NCBI GenBank assembly: GCA_009914755.4 | Contig: CP068257.2 | Location: 31,488,001 to 31,552,000 of the forward strand | Origin: the human T2T-CHM13v2.0 reference genome, Homo sapiens | DNA length: 64,000 bases | Reading direction: 5' to 3' | Shown: piece by piece, positions 32,049-48,515 of the stretch | Numbering within the stretch: position 1 is the stretch's first letter | How the letters are laid out: every line of letters begins with the position of its first letter | The notes under the pieces: generated by a model | Seen by the model: only the letters and a program-made list of their open reading frames with translations | What the model was told of the DNA's origin: nothing | The model's database searches: none | Program-made: the position numbers and the translations under genes

Positions 32049-32479
32049 TATACCCTGAAATGGAAAAGGCAGGGTGTTGTGAATTGCTTCCAGAAGAGGT
32101 TTCAGAACTGTTACCCACCCGAGTCACCAGCTTCAGAAAAGGGCCCGTTCCTCCAGACTTCCCCAAAGACAACCATCGAGGAGAGGGTAGTCGTGTTGAT
32201 TAAACCCCAGAGAGCCAAGAGAGCAAAGCCACATTTTGCCGGAACACAGCACCTCTTACAAAGACACCTCCATTCTTTTGGTTTCCTCCACAAATATATC
32301 AAGTGATTTTTGAGGAACTAGCTGCCACTGGCTTTCTTCCTAAGTTTTGACGAAGAACAATTTATGTCTTCCCAGAGCTCACGCTTCCGCCTCATGCGCA
32401 AAGCCTTAAAATGTCCTTCTGCATAATTTGCTAACCCCAGCACCTGTGCCTCATCTCAGCTTAATTCTGCCCACGATGC

Positions 32480-32930
32480 AAAACCCAAAGAGCCCTTCTT
32501 TTCACATCTTGCCTGCCTGCTACTGGCTTTCGGGCTCCCCCTCCTCAGCGTCCCTCCCTGGACGTCACTCACTCACTGCCTTTCCCCCCGCTCGCCTCCT
32601 CCAGCCTGGGAACCCGAGGGGCCTAAGTCTAGGCTGCTTCCGAGAGCTGGCAGATTTCAGAGGAAAAAAAAACACACGAGAAAGAAAGAATGGCAGTTTG
32701 ACACTGCACTGTCACAGTTAAAATGGGCCCTGCGCGTGACCCAGGCTTGGACACCGAGGCCTCGTGCCCAATCACAGCTGAGGCTGCATCTGCCACGGTT
32801 CACGGACCCGCCGCTCCATGCTGGGGGACCAGATGCCTCTGTTTACGCCGCTCTCCTCCCAGCCTTCTGCCGGCCGGTCGGCAGCAAGACAGAGCCCGGG
32901 AGCCCGTCACTGGGCTTCAGCTGTCTCCCC
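32480..32930. promoter_or_regulatory. CpG-island-like, GC-rich block with promoter-type motifs (candidate promoter or 5' regulatory region)
   Basis: About 23 CpG in about 380 bp of high GC content. By rough hand estimate the observed/expected CpG ratio is above about 0.6. Contains 'cccaatcacagc' (CCAAT-like, about 32766) and 'ggacgtcac' (CRE half-site-like, about 32560). Unique sequence with no repeat signature. Confidence 0.4.
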
Positions 32931-33112
32931 AGTCTTGTCTTTCAATATATTCTCTCCTCTACCCCTTTTTGTCTCCACACCCCCTTCCCCAAATGGCCAG
33001 AAGGGGTATCCCTCTTTTTCAAGTTTGACCCAATAGAACAAAGCGGAGAAAGACTAACCAGGGCGACTTTGATTCCTGCCATCCTCGAAACAACACAGTG
33101 TTCAAAGATCAG

Positions 33113-33426
<314 letters not shown>

Positions 33427-34453
33427 TCACCATCACCCCATTCTGTTTCTCCACCATCTTCCTGCTTTAAATGTGTCTGTGAGTGCTGGGAATATGGACA
33501 TTGGAAAACCAAGTTGAGATGCCAGCATTTAACCTTTTCAGTTTTATAAAATTGACCCATTTTGCTGGAAGTTGAGGGCTGGGAGAAGGAGTGACAGGTT
33601 TAAAGCCAGCAGTTCACTGCCATCTCTTAAAGGCCCTCAAAATGGATTTGGGGTTTATCTCTTAAGAGACATCTGGGGCACGATTGCCACTCTCTTTTCT
33701 TTCACTGACCCTGCAGCTCAGGACTTGCGCAGAAGGTATGTGTGGGCATCCCTCCCAGACAAGGGGAGTAGAGCACACAGAAGAAAGTGTGTTAGTCCCC
33801 AGAGGCCAAGTGAATTCATGTCTGGGTGCAGAGCAGACCAAGGGCCAAGGGTTGCCCCATACACAGTCTCCCCTGCAGCACCGAGGAGCATCTTCAAAGC
33901 AGACCCAGCTGCCCGTTCTCTGGCTCCCAAAGCACCACACCTTTGGCCAGAGAAGGGAAGAAGGGAAGTTTCCACCGACAGGCTCTCTCATTGCCAAAGG
34001 TGATGGCTGTCCTTCACATGCCAGTGGCCATCCTTGCTGAGGACTCACGCCCTCATCACGGGTACTGAGCACTGCCTCTCCATCACTGTGCTTGTTCTTG
34101 GAAGCATCTGGGATTCGCTTCCTCTCCTCACCTTTCCCTCCCCCAAAGCTCCCCGCATCACACCCCCAGCTCCTGCCACTGGACACTTCTCTTTCCAAAA
34201 TTGAGCTTCAGAATGAACTTTGGCCTAGAAATTATATGACCCACCGTAACAGGTTCTACAGGCTATGCTAAATTCTTTCTGGGCTGGCCTGGAATTCAAA
34301 CAAACATGTGGGGCTGGGTCTTAGGGGTATATGCTGGTAAATGAATCGGGGGCCCCTGCCCTCAAGAAGTTCACAGCTACACCAGCAAGATTGTCACCAA
34401 TTCATCAAAATACAATGTGGCAAGTGGTACACATTGAGAATTACCATGGGGAT

Positions 34454-35679
<1,226 letters not shown>

Positions 35680-36135
35680 TCATTCTTTCCACTACTGAGC
35701 ACACAGCATAAGCCAGACGTGGTAGTAGGTGCTGGAGACTCTGACATACGCAGGAAACTATGGGCGTGATGGTATTTTATTGAGGAATATGCTGTGAATG
35801 CCATGTGGCAATTTAGCAAATGAGGCTCTGAAAAGCAGCTCGTTTATAACTTGGCAGTTACTGACATGTGAATGTCAAATACAGACATGCACTTTGCCAC
35901 ATTTAGTCCTTCAGGGTTCGCTGGGACCAGCATGCATTCCACAGGAAACAAAAAAAGAGATCCAGAGGGAAAACGTGTTGCTAATCCAAGTATTTGAATA
36001 ATATTTATCATGCGTGGAGTACATGCAAAGCACCTACTGAATGCTCTTTGTGAGTTAAAGAGGTTGGCAGATTTGAGTTTATGCAAACCAATATAATATG
36101 ACAACATGATATCATTATGTCTATTATATTTATAG

Positions 36136-36719
<584 letters not shown>

Positions 36720-37944
36720 TAACCCCTGCATCTTCCTTCAGATCTGAGAAGTTTCTTGAAGACCATCAGCATCTTCAGTGGGCGACTGGAAGATACACTG
36801 TGGTTACCTGGGAGGCAGCCCAGCCTGGACCAGCAACCCAACCTGCTTCTTCAGAGCAAAACAAGAACTAGGAATCATCTTTTCACCTGGGAAGGAATCA
36901 AGTAAAAAGCAAAATTGAACTAAAGGCAAGGGTGACATAATTTGTATTACATATAAATGACCAGAAACCACTGGTGGCCACAAAGTTTTACTTTGAGCTA
37001 ATAAAACATATGCATGCATCTAGTGTAAATCTAAGAGTCTAAGGATGTTACAATTCCTGATAGGTAACTATTTAAGAAAACAGATGCATTGGTATTAGGT
37101 GAGAGTTCCCTTACATGGAAAGCATTAAAGCTCTACCAGACACTATTTCATGCCTAGAGACTGGTACAGCATATATATTCATTGAATGTTTGTTGAATGA
37201 ATAAATGAATGAATGAAATTCCAGCTGCTCTGATGACTCCAAATATAAATAAGACATGCTTCTTGAAATTTAATGTTTTGGGTGGAAAAGATATGGAATA
37301 AATAATGGTTGAAGAAACTTGAGCTATTTCATCACCCAGTACAGGCTTTAGATCATGGCAAGGCCTGTTTTTCTTCTGCAGATACAGTGTAAGAAAGGAA
37401 AAGAGATGGTGGGGATGGAGGAATAAAAAAAAGAAGGAAAGGAAGCCTGTTAAAGACCCTATTAACTCCATTCTTCCTAGATTTCCAGTATATTCTTCGT
37501 CTGAGATGTCACTTTGCAAATTTAGTTTTAACCTAAAATGTTTTAGCAAAAAATGGTGAACATATTTTGGCAAGATGTCATTCATATAGTTTAAAATAGT
37601 GCTTTCTAGGTATGAAATGACATCTGTGAGAGCCCCACCACTCACAAACCCTAACACACACTTTCCCTTTTGAAAATAATTTCGTATCTGAGTCACAGCT
37701 CCCTGCACATGCTTAACTTAAAGTGACTCCAAAATACGCCATAAATATTAACTAATTAATCCCCATGACAACACAGGGAAGCCCTGAAAAACTCTGGAGA
37801 GTGCCCATGGCCTGGGCAGCAGTGCCACAGCTTGATTTTTAAGAATCTTGTTCTTTCTAGGCTTTCTCTGATCAGGACATCCCTTATTGCCTTCAAAAAA
37901 CAAGACAAAACAATGACAACTCAAGAATGTGGCAGTGGTGACTG

Positions 37945-38075
37945 CTGCTGCTGCTTCCCTTCCCTCCTCCTCCTCCCTCTTTCTCCTCCTCCTCCCTCTT
38001 TCTCCTCCTCCTCCCTCTTTCTCCTCCTCCTTCCTTCCTCTCTCTTCTCTCTCTCTCTCTCTCCTCCGCCCCACC
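37945..38075. repeat. Polypyrimidine low-complexity tract with about 21-bp tandem unit, then (CT)n
   Basis: 'cctcctcctcctccctctttctcctcctcctccctctttctcctcctcctccctctttctcctcctccttccttcctctctcttctctctctctctctcctcc'. Confidence 0.85.
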
Positions 38076-41000
38076 CCACCAAAAGCAGAGCTGTTTATCC
38101 TTGGTGTTGACTATCAGACCCCGAGCTTGTAATTCAGCACCAAGGACACCTCTCATGCTTTTGGAAACTGCTAGACAGTCTACCCTGTTATAAATTAAAG
38201 CTTTGGTTTAAAGATCACCACGAAAACCAGCCCACCAAGAAAAGTATTCCCTGCCTCAACCATAATTGCAGTGATGACTTTCAGGCAAAAAAGTATATCT
38301 ATATCTAATTATCTATATGTATTGTAATTATATTAATTAATATTTTAATTTATTTTAATTAATTCATAAATCTTAAATATAATCCATACTAAGCAAATGC
38401 CTGCTGAATGTTTGTATTTATAGTATAAAATAAAAGGCTCAAATGTCCAGGTGTTTGGGACCTCAGGGAGTGGCTGAGACCACATGGTCTTCATTTCACA
38501 GATGATGGAGCCAAGCTCCATTGAGACGATGGGATCTGCCTGGATTCCAGGAACTGGGGACTATTTTCTACCGACCACTCCTTCCATTATGTCTTTCACT
38601 AATATTAGGAAATCAGCCTTATGCTACAAGTGTTTTTATTTCCCTCCTGAGAAGCTTTCCCCTGTTGATAATTTTTTTCGAAAGCAGGTTTTTGAAAGAA
38701 CATCTCCTTAGGGATTTATTATAAGTTAGCAACTTATGAAACTTTTGTATCCCCTTCACCCAGCCCCCACTTGTTGTTTATGCCCATTTTGCTTTAGAAG
38801 ATAATAGGTCTTTTAGCTAACGAGCCTCTTGTTAAAAAAGGTAACATAAGTTAGAAAAGGTAAGGTCAAGGGCAGACCTGGGAATAGAAAGAGTGAGACC
38901 AAGAGAAACAAATGGCTCTGCATAATAATAATTAAAAAGTAGGCGCTTTCAGTTTTCTTTGGGTTGGCACAAAAGATGGGCATTACATTGAGAGTAATAA
39001 CCTGAGAATTTTGGAGGTGGACAGGAACTTCATAGGAAGAGTAAAATCCCGGAACCCAGGAGCAGGCTGGGGCCAAGGGCAGTGATGGCTGGTAAAGGAT
39101 GCCCCATGATGAGTTTAAGAGATCATTTTCTCAAAGTGGCCACAGCAATATCTCCATGCCTACAAGCTCTTCCCAAAAGGTGTCACTTTCCATCAATAGG
39201 TGGAGAGTAGGGATCAACCCCTTGAACTTGGGCAGGACTTTTTACTGCCTTGACAAGCAGAATGCACAGTGGAAGTGATGCTACATGATTTCTGAGGCTA
39301 GGTAAACAAAAGCAATACAGTTTCTGCCTGACTCACTCTCTCTCAGGTTGTTTACCTTTCAAACTTGGTGGCCATGTTGTGAGGAAGCCCAAGTGACATG
39401 AGGAGTTCCCGTGGAGGTGTGCTGCTGACAGCCCCAGGTGAGAGCTCAGCCAAGAATCAGCACAACACTGTGAGTGCAAACATGTGAGTGAGTGAGCTTG
39501 CAGAGGATGTGATCCCACCTAGGATGTCAGCATTCAAGACACCCTAGCTGACACTGAGTGAGTATAGGTGAAGAACATTTACAACAGTGATAATAGAAAA
39601 CTTGTCATAAGTTTTTAATTTGTGCTGTAATTACACTCTGATATTCCCAAATCTTCAATAAAAATCCATTGTACAGTAAAACTTCATTAGCCTTATGTTG
39701 GAAATGGTTAAGAAATGAAGGAAAGGGACTGTGTCCATGTTGGGGCAGAGCAGTAGGAAAAGGGTGGCAGGCAGTGTAGCAATGAGGAAACCCTCAGATG
39801 TGATGGAGGGAAAAGCTAGGGGCTAGGGTGGGGAAAGAGGTGACAGGCATTAACCAGTGGAATGCAAGCTCACCCCACTCCCACACCTTCACACACACAC
39901 CAGAAATTTTCAGAAGCAATGAGAAGGAGACTGGATTTCTTTTGAAAACAAGTTTTTAAACTACTGGCTTGGGATGCAATATTGCCAAGGTTTCTGCTAA
40001 AAGGTAGCCATATTACTTGAAAACAGAAGCACAAAACAACCACTGAATACACTGGATTAAGTGAACGTACTAGAAAACCACTACCTGGTAGGAAGAATGG
40101 CTCTGGTGTGGAGGAGTTACTACAAGCAGGTAAATAAATTTTTAAGGAAAAAGGGGAATTTACAAATTAAAATCAGATTTGGTTCCCAGTAAGAAACCCA
40201 AAATAAATCACTTACAAAAGATATGTTTATTTCCATCATGTGGGACTCTGAATTCAGACATTCCAGTAGGGGAATGGCTTCTCTATCATCCCCTAGGATC
40301 TATGCTATTTCCAGTTTTCAATTATGCCATTTCTGGAGTATAGCCTTCATCCTCATGGTCCAAAATGGAGCTCCAATCATGTGTACACATTGCAAGCAGC
40401 AGGTGGGAGGAAGGAGGAAAATGCATGAGGGATCTCAGCCAGTAACCTCTTAGAGAAGGTCCTTAGGAGCTATAATTCTTGCTTACAAGAGTTGGACCTG
40501 ACCAATGGGCCAACAATTAGTCACATGACCACACCTAACAGCAAAACAGGCTGGAAAATGTAGTCTTACTTCCAGGAAGTCACACACCTGCCAAGAGTCA
40601 GGAGTTCTAAGGGGTGAAGAAAGGCTTTTTAAGCGAGGCAACCAACCACCTCTGTCCAGGTGGCCAGGAAGATTAAATGTCCAGGTGGTGTTACATACAG
40701 CTCAACCCTTATCCTACAAAGCATAGTTTCTCACCCACCACAGCCAAGCGAAAGTCATCAAGTGTCTCCTGTTGTTTCCCACGTTCTAAAATTGGAGGAA
40801 AGTTATTGCACAAGTGCCTAAGTAGTGCAGCTGATCCATCTGGAAAGGCTGTTCTTAAACCTTGGCTTAAAACACCTCCAAATTCCTTAAACAGCATAGC
40901 AAAATCAAGAACATATTTTCAAAAGACAATTTAATCAATATCTCTTACATTGAAACACACACACACACACACATATATACACGCGCCTTTTATAAATACA

Positions 41001-42080
41001 TATTTTATAGCACTTTTAGAAATGGGGGAAATGTCACGAAACAAAACATCAAGAAGTGAGGGTCACAACTCCATGATGGCAAGAACCACTGCTTCAGGAG
41101 AAAACAAAATCTGTTTTGGTTACTCACTTAAATACCAAAAGTCTGACCAAATCGAACTGCATTTGAAATTTCTGGTGGCCGTTTGCCTTGGATTTTTGTA
41201 AATTTTGATTCACTCACCAGTCCTATTTTGCCTGTAGCATAGAAGAAAATGTAATAAAGCAAGAAGAAGGTCTTTGAAGAGCCATACTTGCTAAAACCAT
41301 GTGTGTGAAAAAGTGGCAGAACCAGGAGTAACCAAAAGGCACCACTCAGTGGCCAGGGTTGCTTTAGTGGCCTTGCTCGTATAGTAAGATCAATATTTCC
41401 ACATGGCCGCGACTCACAGGGTTCCCATGATGGTGGTGGTGGTCATGGAGGCGACTCTCTCATTGCTTCAAATACCCTGACATCTGCAAAGTGCTTTTGC
41501 CACTTTGAGGATTTTTTTTAAATCTAATATAGTTTCATCAAAATCACGAAATTTTTGATTTGCTTCCATTTCTATGAAGGTCACATAGACCCATCTAACA
41601 TTAGGTGGAACTCACCAAGATGGTGTTACTGTTGCCGAACATGGTCTTCATAATGTGGCTACAATTCCTGGCCCCCACCCCCCGGAAAGGTTAACAAGAA
41701 ATTGACAAAATATAAGAAGCCTGGACTTTAAAGAGTTTAACTACACAATACCAGAACAGTCATAAAAACAGATCATCAAATGCTGACTCAAAGGCCTCCC
41801 AGAGTTGAATGAGATGAATAAAAATACAGATGAACTTGTTGATACCATCCCACACTTAGAAACCCTGAGAAAAATGTCTAAGTTTTGGGGGGCTTCAGAG
41901 TTAATCATTTTGGAAACTAGGCATTTTTGCATGTATGCTGTATTCCTTGAAGGCAACTTAACCAATTAATATAGTTTGGATCTGTGTCCCTGCCCAAATC
42001 TCATGTTGAAATGTAATCTCCAGTGTTAGAGGTGGGGCCTGGTGGGTGGTATTTGGGTCATGGGAGTGGATCCTTCATGA

Positions 42081-42590
<510 letters not shown>

Positions 42591-43949
42591 TGAATAAAAG
42601 CTCCCTGAGGCCTCGCCAGAAGCGGATGCTGGCCTTACGCTTCCTGTACAGCCCGCAGCACCATGAGCCAATTAAGCCTCTTTTCTTTATAAATTATCCA
42701 GTCTCAGGTATTTCTTTATAGCAATGCAAGAACAGCCTAATACACACCAACCATGGCAGGTTCAATGACAATTGAGAAGACACATCTCCCAAATAGATTA
42801 ACTGCAAGACACTCAAAAATAGGGTCCATATTTTGCATGTATTTCCATTCATTTAAATCTGGGTTATTAAAATAAAAGGATAGGATAAAATACTTTGAAA
42901 GAATTAAAATGATTTCACCCAGTTAGCTTTTCCTCTGTGAGTTCAGAATTGAAATAAGACTCCATTCCCATTATTACTTGCAGCCCATAGGACACATTTG
43001 TAGTAACTCCAGCTCATTCCAACAGAATTGGAAGGAACTGCTGTGAATTTTACAGAAGTCGTTGCTCTGTGACAAAGTTCACGGCTCCCTGCACCCCCTG
43101 CCTCCGAATCCCACCAGAAGCCATCATTCCTGATTAAAGCAAGCACTGTCAATTTGGCCGCGGCCCGGGCCATTCCAATCCCCTCTGAAAACATTGCCAA
43201 AACAGATTTCTGACTGGGTCACGTTAGGTCACAATATCCACGGGTGGACAAAATGTAGTAAAAATTTTATGGGCCACTTGAGACATAGTGGATCGGCACG
43301 GAACAAGCCCTGTCCAAAAGAGCGCAGTTGGCTTCAAGTTCTTTTGGAAACTCCCCAGCATATGGAAACCTCCCCAAGATTCCTCTGGCCTCCTCAGCCG
43401 CCTGCTGCCCCCACTCCCAGCCCTCCTCTTGTCAGCCCAGACGGCGGAGCCTACTCTCTTTCAGCTTCAGGCCTCCGATGGAACAAAGGAAGTTTCACAG
43501 TGGGTCTCTCTCCTTTATTAAAACCAGCAAGAGCTCTTCAAGGAAGAGAGGGTGGGTGTTGGGGGTATGGAAAGCAGAGAGACAGTGATCTTTCCAGAAA
43601 CTGTGATCTTTATCAAATGCCTATCAGCCTCCGACAGGTATGAATTAACTTTGAGGAATGATATATGTGTTTGTATAAAGATATATATGCACATCCCACC
43701 ATGGAGGGCCCTGAACATCCCTCAGAGAGATTTAGATCTGATCCTGATGGTGCTGAGGAGCCACTGGTGGTCTCTGAGCAAGGGAGCAAACTGCTCTCAG
43801 TTTTATATGAGTTCTGAAGCATCATCAGCTCCCAGACATTGCAAAACAGCTCCCGAAAGCCACGAATGGTCTCCCCACACCCCTGAGGATAGCCTGGTGG
43901 AGGCTTTAGTATGGAAACCAGAAATACTTACTCCTAGTTAGTCCTCATT

Positions 43950-44030
43950 CTATTATTACGCTGGGCCATGGGCCTCTTCTCTGAACCTCAGTTTCCTCAT
44001 CAATGAAATGGGAAGAATTGTTTGTCATGT
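43950..44030 (+). mobile_element. MIR SINE core fragment
   Basis: 'ctgggccatgggcctcttctctgaacctcagtttcctcatcaatgaaatgggaagaattg' corresponds to MIR 'gtgtgaccttgggcaagttacttaacctctctgtgcctcagtttcctcatctgtaaaatgggg'. Confidence 0.4.
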
Positions 44031-44284
44031 ACCCAACCACACACATAAGCAAGCTAAAAAACATTTTAAAGTGATGTCTGAAGGAATGCTATTTATGGCT
44101 TAGGCATCAAAAATCACTTGACATGTCTTCAGAAAAGAGAAACTTGCCAGGTCCTCAGTTTCAAAAGGAAAGCCTCCAACTCCTTGAGAACTGTCCAAAG
44201 AAAGACAGCTTCCCCCACCACTGATGAACTGATTGATCAGCAGAGAAACTTTCTGTTTTTAAAATGTTTTGATGTAGGGTGCAG

Positions 44285-44463
44285 CATATTATATATGTAA
44301 TATCCAAATACCATATTTATATATGATTTGGATATAATATACACATGTGTAATACATGTTATATATCATATGTAATATATAACATATATGTAATGTATGT
44401 GTGATATACATATATATAAAATATCCAAATTTTATATACGTGTGTGTGTGTGTGTGTTTGTGT
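44285..44463. repeat. AT-rich (TATATG/TGTAATA) low-complexity region ending in (TG)n
   Basis: 'atatatgtaatatccaaataccatatttatatatgatttggatataatatacacatgtgtaatacatgttatatatcatatgtaatatataacatatatg...acgtgtgtgtgtgtgtgtgtttgtgtg'. Includes the inverted motif 'atatccaaat...atttggatat'. Confidence 0.8.
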
Positions 44464-46419
44464 GAACATTCCAGAAATGGTGGCAAGAGTATCTCCCATC
44501 TCACCTGATCTTCTATAATGGAACTTTGATGCTCCTTCTACCGAGAGGAGAGGTCTATGTCCACTCCCCTTGAATCTAGGCAGCCTTATAACTTGTTTGC
44601 AGCCAGTCGTCAATGATGGAAGCGATGCTGCATGACCTTTAACACTGAGTCCTTAAAGGTGATGTGGCTTCCCTGAGACACCATGCCATGAAGGGGCCCA
44701 AGATGCGGCCATGCTGTGAGGAAGCTCAAACAATCTGACCCAGAAAGCCCTCCTGGAGAGGCTTGTGAGAATACACAGACAGGGAGAGATGTACAACCAG
44801 CCCCCGGCTACTCTGGACCTCTGATTTCTAGTTCTAGTTACCTTCTGACTACAGCTACATGATGGACCCCAAGACAGAACTGCTCAGCTGAACCTTTCCT
44901 GAATTCATGACCCACAGTAAGTGTGAAAGATAATAAAATGATTGTTGTTTAAACCACTACATTTTGGGGTGGTTTGTTGCACAGCAAAATGTAACTGGAA
45001 TAAATGGCAAGGCAACAGGTTGATACAAGGCCCAGGAACGGTTACTAGTTTGAGCCTCCAGGGATACTGCCTGGCTCAGTCTTCTCAACCAACCACCAGA
45101 AGCTTCTTCTCTCTATGCTTCACATTTAGCAAAATGGCACACCCTCCATCCAAGCCAGCATGTGAGCCTCCTCCTTCCCAGTCACTTAAATGGACTCCTC
45201 TGCCCTCAAGAATCAGCACCCATGAAATGGCAACTTACTATCATCTTCCCCATCTACCTCCACCCCAAAGCTTAGAACGACGGACCTCAGCCTTAGTGCC
45301 TAAAAAAAATTACCTAGGATACCTCTACCCCTCCCTAACTCTACCCAGATTCTGATATAGCAGGTATGGAGGAGAGCCAGGTAGTTCTGCCCGCAGGTGG
45401 AGACATTTATTCCAAGAAGGTCAGAACCCAGAATGTGAAGTGCCACTTTGCCTGGAATGTAAGTCTCAAATGTCTTCTCCAAGGAGCCCTGTTGAGGCTG
45501 GCAGCTCCTTTCACCCTCATGACAGGGATTTTTTTTTTTTTCTGGATTCATTCTGAAGCCACAAGCTTTTGGTCTCCCATGAAAAGTTTTTTGCTATGTT
45601 GGATGGAAATCACTGCTCTGATGCTAACCGTGGCAGAGGCATGAAAATTCAGAGCTGAGAGCATCCAATGGCTGTCCCATGACATCTGGGATATCTCTGG
45701 CTGAAAGCTGGGGAAATGGGGTCACCAACTGCTCCATTAGCCTACTTTGGGTGGACCCTCCCCTTCCTGACCCTCACAGCGTCCGGCCCCCTCACACCAG
45801 TTATTGTGCAGAAGGAGATTGTCCGTCCTTCCAGCAGAATGGAGCCCAGCAGTGCTCACCCCTTACCCATGGTCCGGCCACCACGTGTGGCTCACTCTGT
45901 CCTTTTCAGGGTTCATCCCAGAACTGGAGCTCACATTCCCAGAAGGCTTTGCTTTTCAGGCTTTTCAGGTTATCGCCAATTGAGGCTAAATGCTCTGACG
46001 TTGTGTCTTTGACGTGCCAAACTGTTCACTTGTTCACTGGAAACATGTAATATATCTCATACTTTATGTAACTTGCTTTTGGTATTCCTTCTTTTTTTTC
46101 TTTTTTTATTTTCTTTTTTGCCCCTAATATTTTGAGACCTTCAGAAAATCAAAGCAGCCCAGGTCTTGCTCAAGTTCTGATTCTGAGCTGCTCCGGTCAT
46201 CATCACATATTTGTTTCCTGTATACGGATTCTTACTTTTTCTTTGGCTATTTTGATCCTGACTCCACCTGTGAGAGATAATAAAATGATGATAAAAAGAT
46301 TTAAGCTTGCTGAAGGTAAGGACCTGGCCTCCTTCTTTGTATCCCCCAAAACCACCTTGTTCACAGAGCCCAGGGTCATGCTAGTGCATGACCACACCAC
46401 AGAGTGATTTTATTTTTAT

Positions 46420-46715
<296 letters not shown>

Positions 46716-46725
46716 GGGTTTTCTT

Positions 46726-47113
<388 letters not shown>

Positions 47114-47261
47114 TGAACTTGGGTACCCTCACATGTATAATCAGGGTGATAATACCCGCTACCTGGTGGGATTGTGAAGAAAATTAAATATGATTCTGTG
47201 TGCAACCTACCTACCATAGTGCCTGACTCAAAGAAGGTGTTCAGTGAATCATAGTTCTTAG

Positions 47262-47860
47262 GGTTGAATTGTGTCCCCTCCAAAAATGATCCAGTGAAGT
47301 ACTAATCTCCTGCCCCTGCCAATGTGACCTTCTTTGGAAATAGGGTTCTGGTAGATGTCATCAAGTTAAGATGAAGTCATTGTGGATTAGTGTGGGCTCT
47401 AAATCTAATGATGCGTATCCTTGTAAGGAAAAGGAAATTTGGAGACACACAGAGGGAAGAGGGCCATGTGACGACAGAGTCAGGAGGTGGAGTGATGGAA
47501 GCACAGGCCAAGGAATGGCAGGGATTGCTGGCCACCAGCTGCCAGGAGAGGCTGGGAAGGATAGAGGCTGTGCCTCCCTCCCTCCAGAAGCTGGAAGAGG
47601 CCAGAAAGGATGAAGGCTGTGGCTCCCCCAACTTCAGAAGCTGGAAGAGGCCAGGAAGGATAGAGACTGTGCCTCCCTCCCTCCAGAAGCTGGAAGAGGC
47701 TGGGAAGGATGGAGGCTGTGGAGGGTGCATGGCCCTGCTGACACCTTGATTTTGGACTTCTTGCCTCCAGAAATGTGAGACAGTGAATATCTGTTGTTCT
47801 AAATCACCCAGTTTGGGGTACTTTGTTATGGCAGCCCTAAGAAATGAATGCAGATTTTCG
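47262..47860 (+). mobile_element. MLT1-type MaLR solo LTR (with internal tandem expansion)
   Basis: Starts 'gaattgtgtcccctccaaaaatgatccagtgaagtactaatctcctgcccctgccaatgtgaccttctttggaaatagggttctggtagatgtcatcaagttaagatgaagtcattgtggattag' and ends '...ccctgctgacaccttgattttggacttcttgcctccagaaatgtgagacagtgaatatctgttgttctaaatcacccagtttggggtactttgttatggcagccctaagaaatgaatgcag'. This follows the remembered MLT1 layout ('tgtgtccc..aaatgat..gtgatggtatttggaga..gtgattaggt..ccagaactgtgaga..gccacccagtctatggtattttgttatagcagcc'). Confidence 0.65.
47549..47735. repeat. 49-bp tandem repeat, about 3.7 copies, inside MLT1 LTR
   Basis: Unit 'gc(c/t)(a/g)ggaaggatagaggctgtgcctccctccctccagaagctggaagag' is repeated 3-4 times and yields the repetitive ORF peptides 'VPPSLQKLEEAGKDGGCG'. 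Confidence 0.85.
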
Positions 47861-48113
47861 TGCTGGAAAGTGGAGTGTCTGTTTGGGATGAAAAAGAGAG
47901 GAGCCACCTAGACACTGGTCCAGGAGGCTAGTGCTAAGGCAAAGCAACCCACAGGCAAGGTCTCATCCCCTCTTGCCCGGGGCAGCTGAAGACAAATTCC
48001 ACGTGCCTTCCTCCCCAGTGCTTCTCAGCAGCCTGCAATTCCATGGGACCACCGACCGTGACAAATGTGGCCAACAGAAAGCTTTTATTAATAGGAATTT
48101 AATTTAGAATTTA

Positions 48114-48515
<402 letters not shown>

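Noticed and set aside
33700-33745. Possible micro-exon: polypyrimidine tract 'ctcttttctttcactgaccctgcag' + 'CTCAGGACTTGCGCAGAAG' + 'gtatgtgt' donor
   Set aside because: The acceptor and donor consensus both look good. However, the intervening segment is only about 19 nt, and I cannot see reading-frame continuity or conservation from sequence alone. Such signal pairs occur by chance.
37154-37708. 184-aa ORF on the minus strand in repeat-free AT-rich DNA
   Set aside because: It is AT-rich and low-complexity (F/L/I/K-rich), with no conserved motif I recognise. The downstream end overlaps a MIR-like 'attgaatgtttgttgaatgaataaatgaatgaatg' tail. An ORF of this length is expected by chance in AT-rich sequence lacking GC-containing stop codons.
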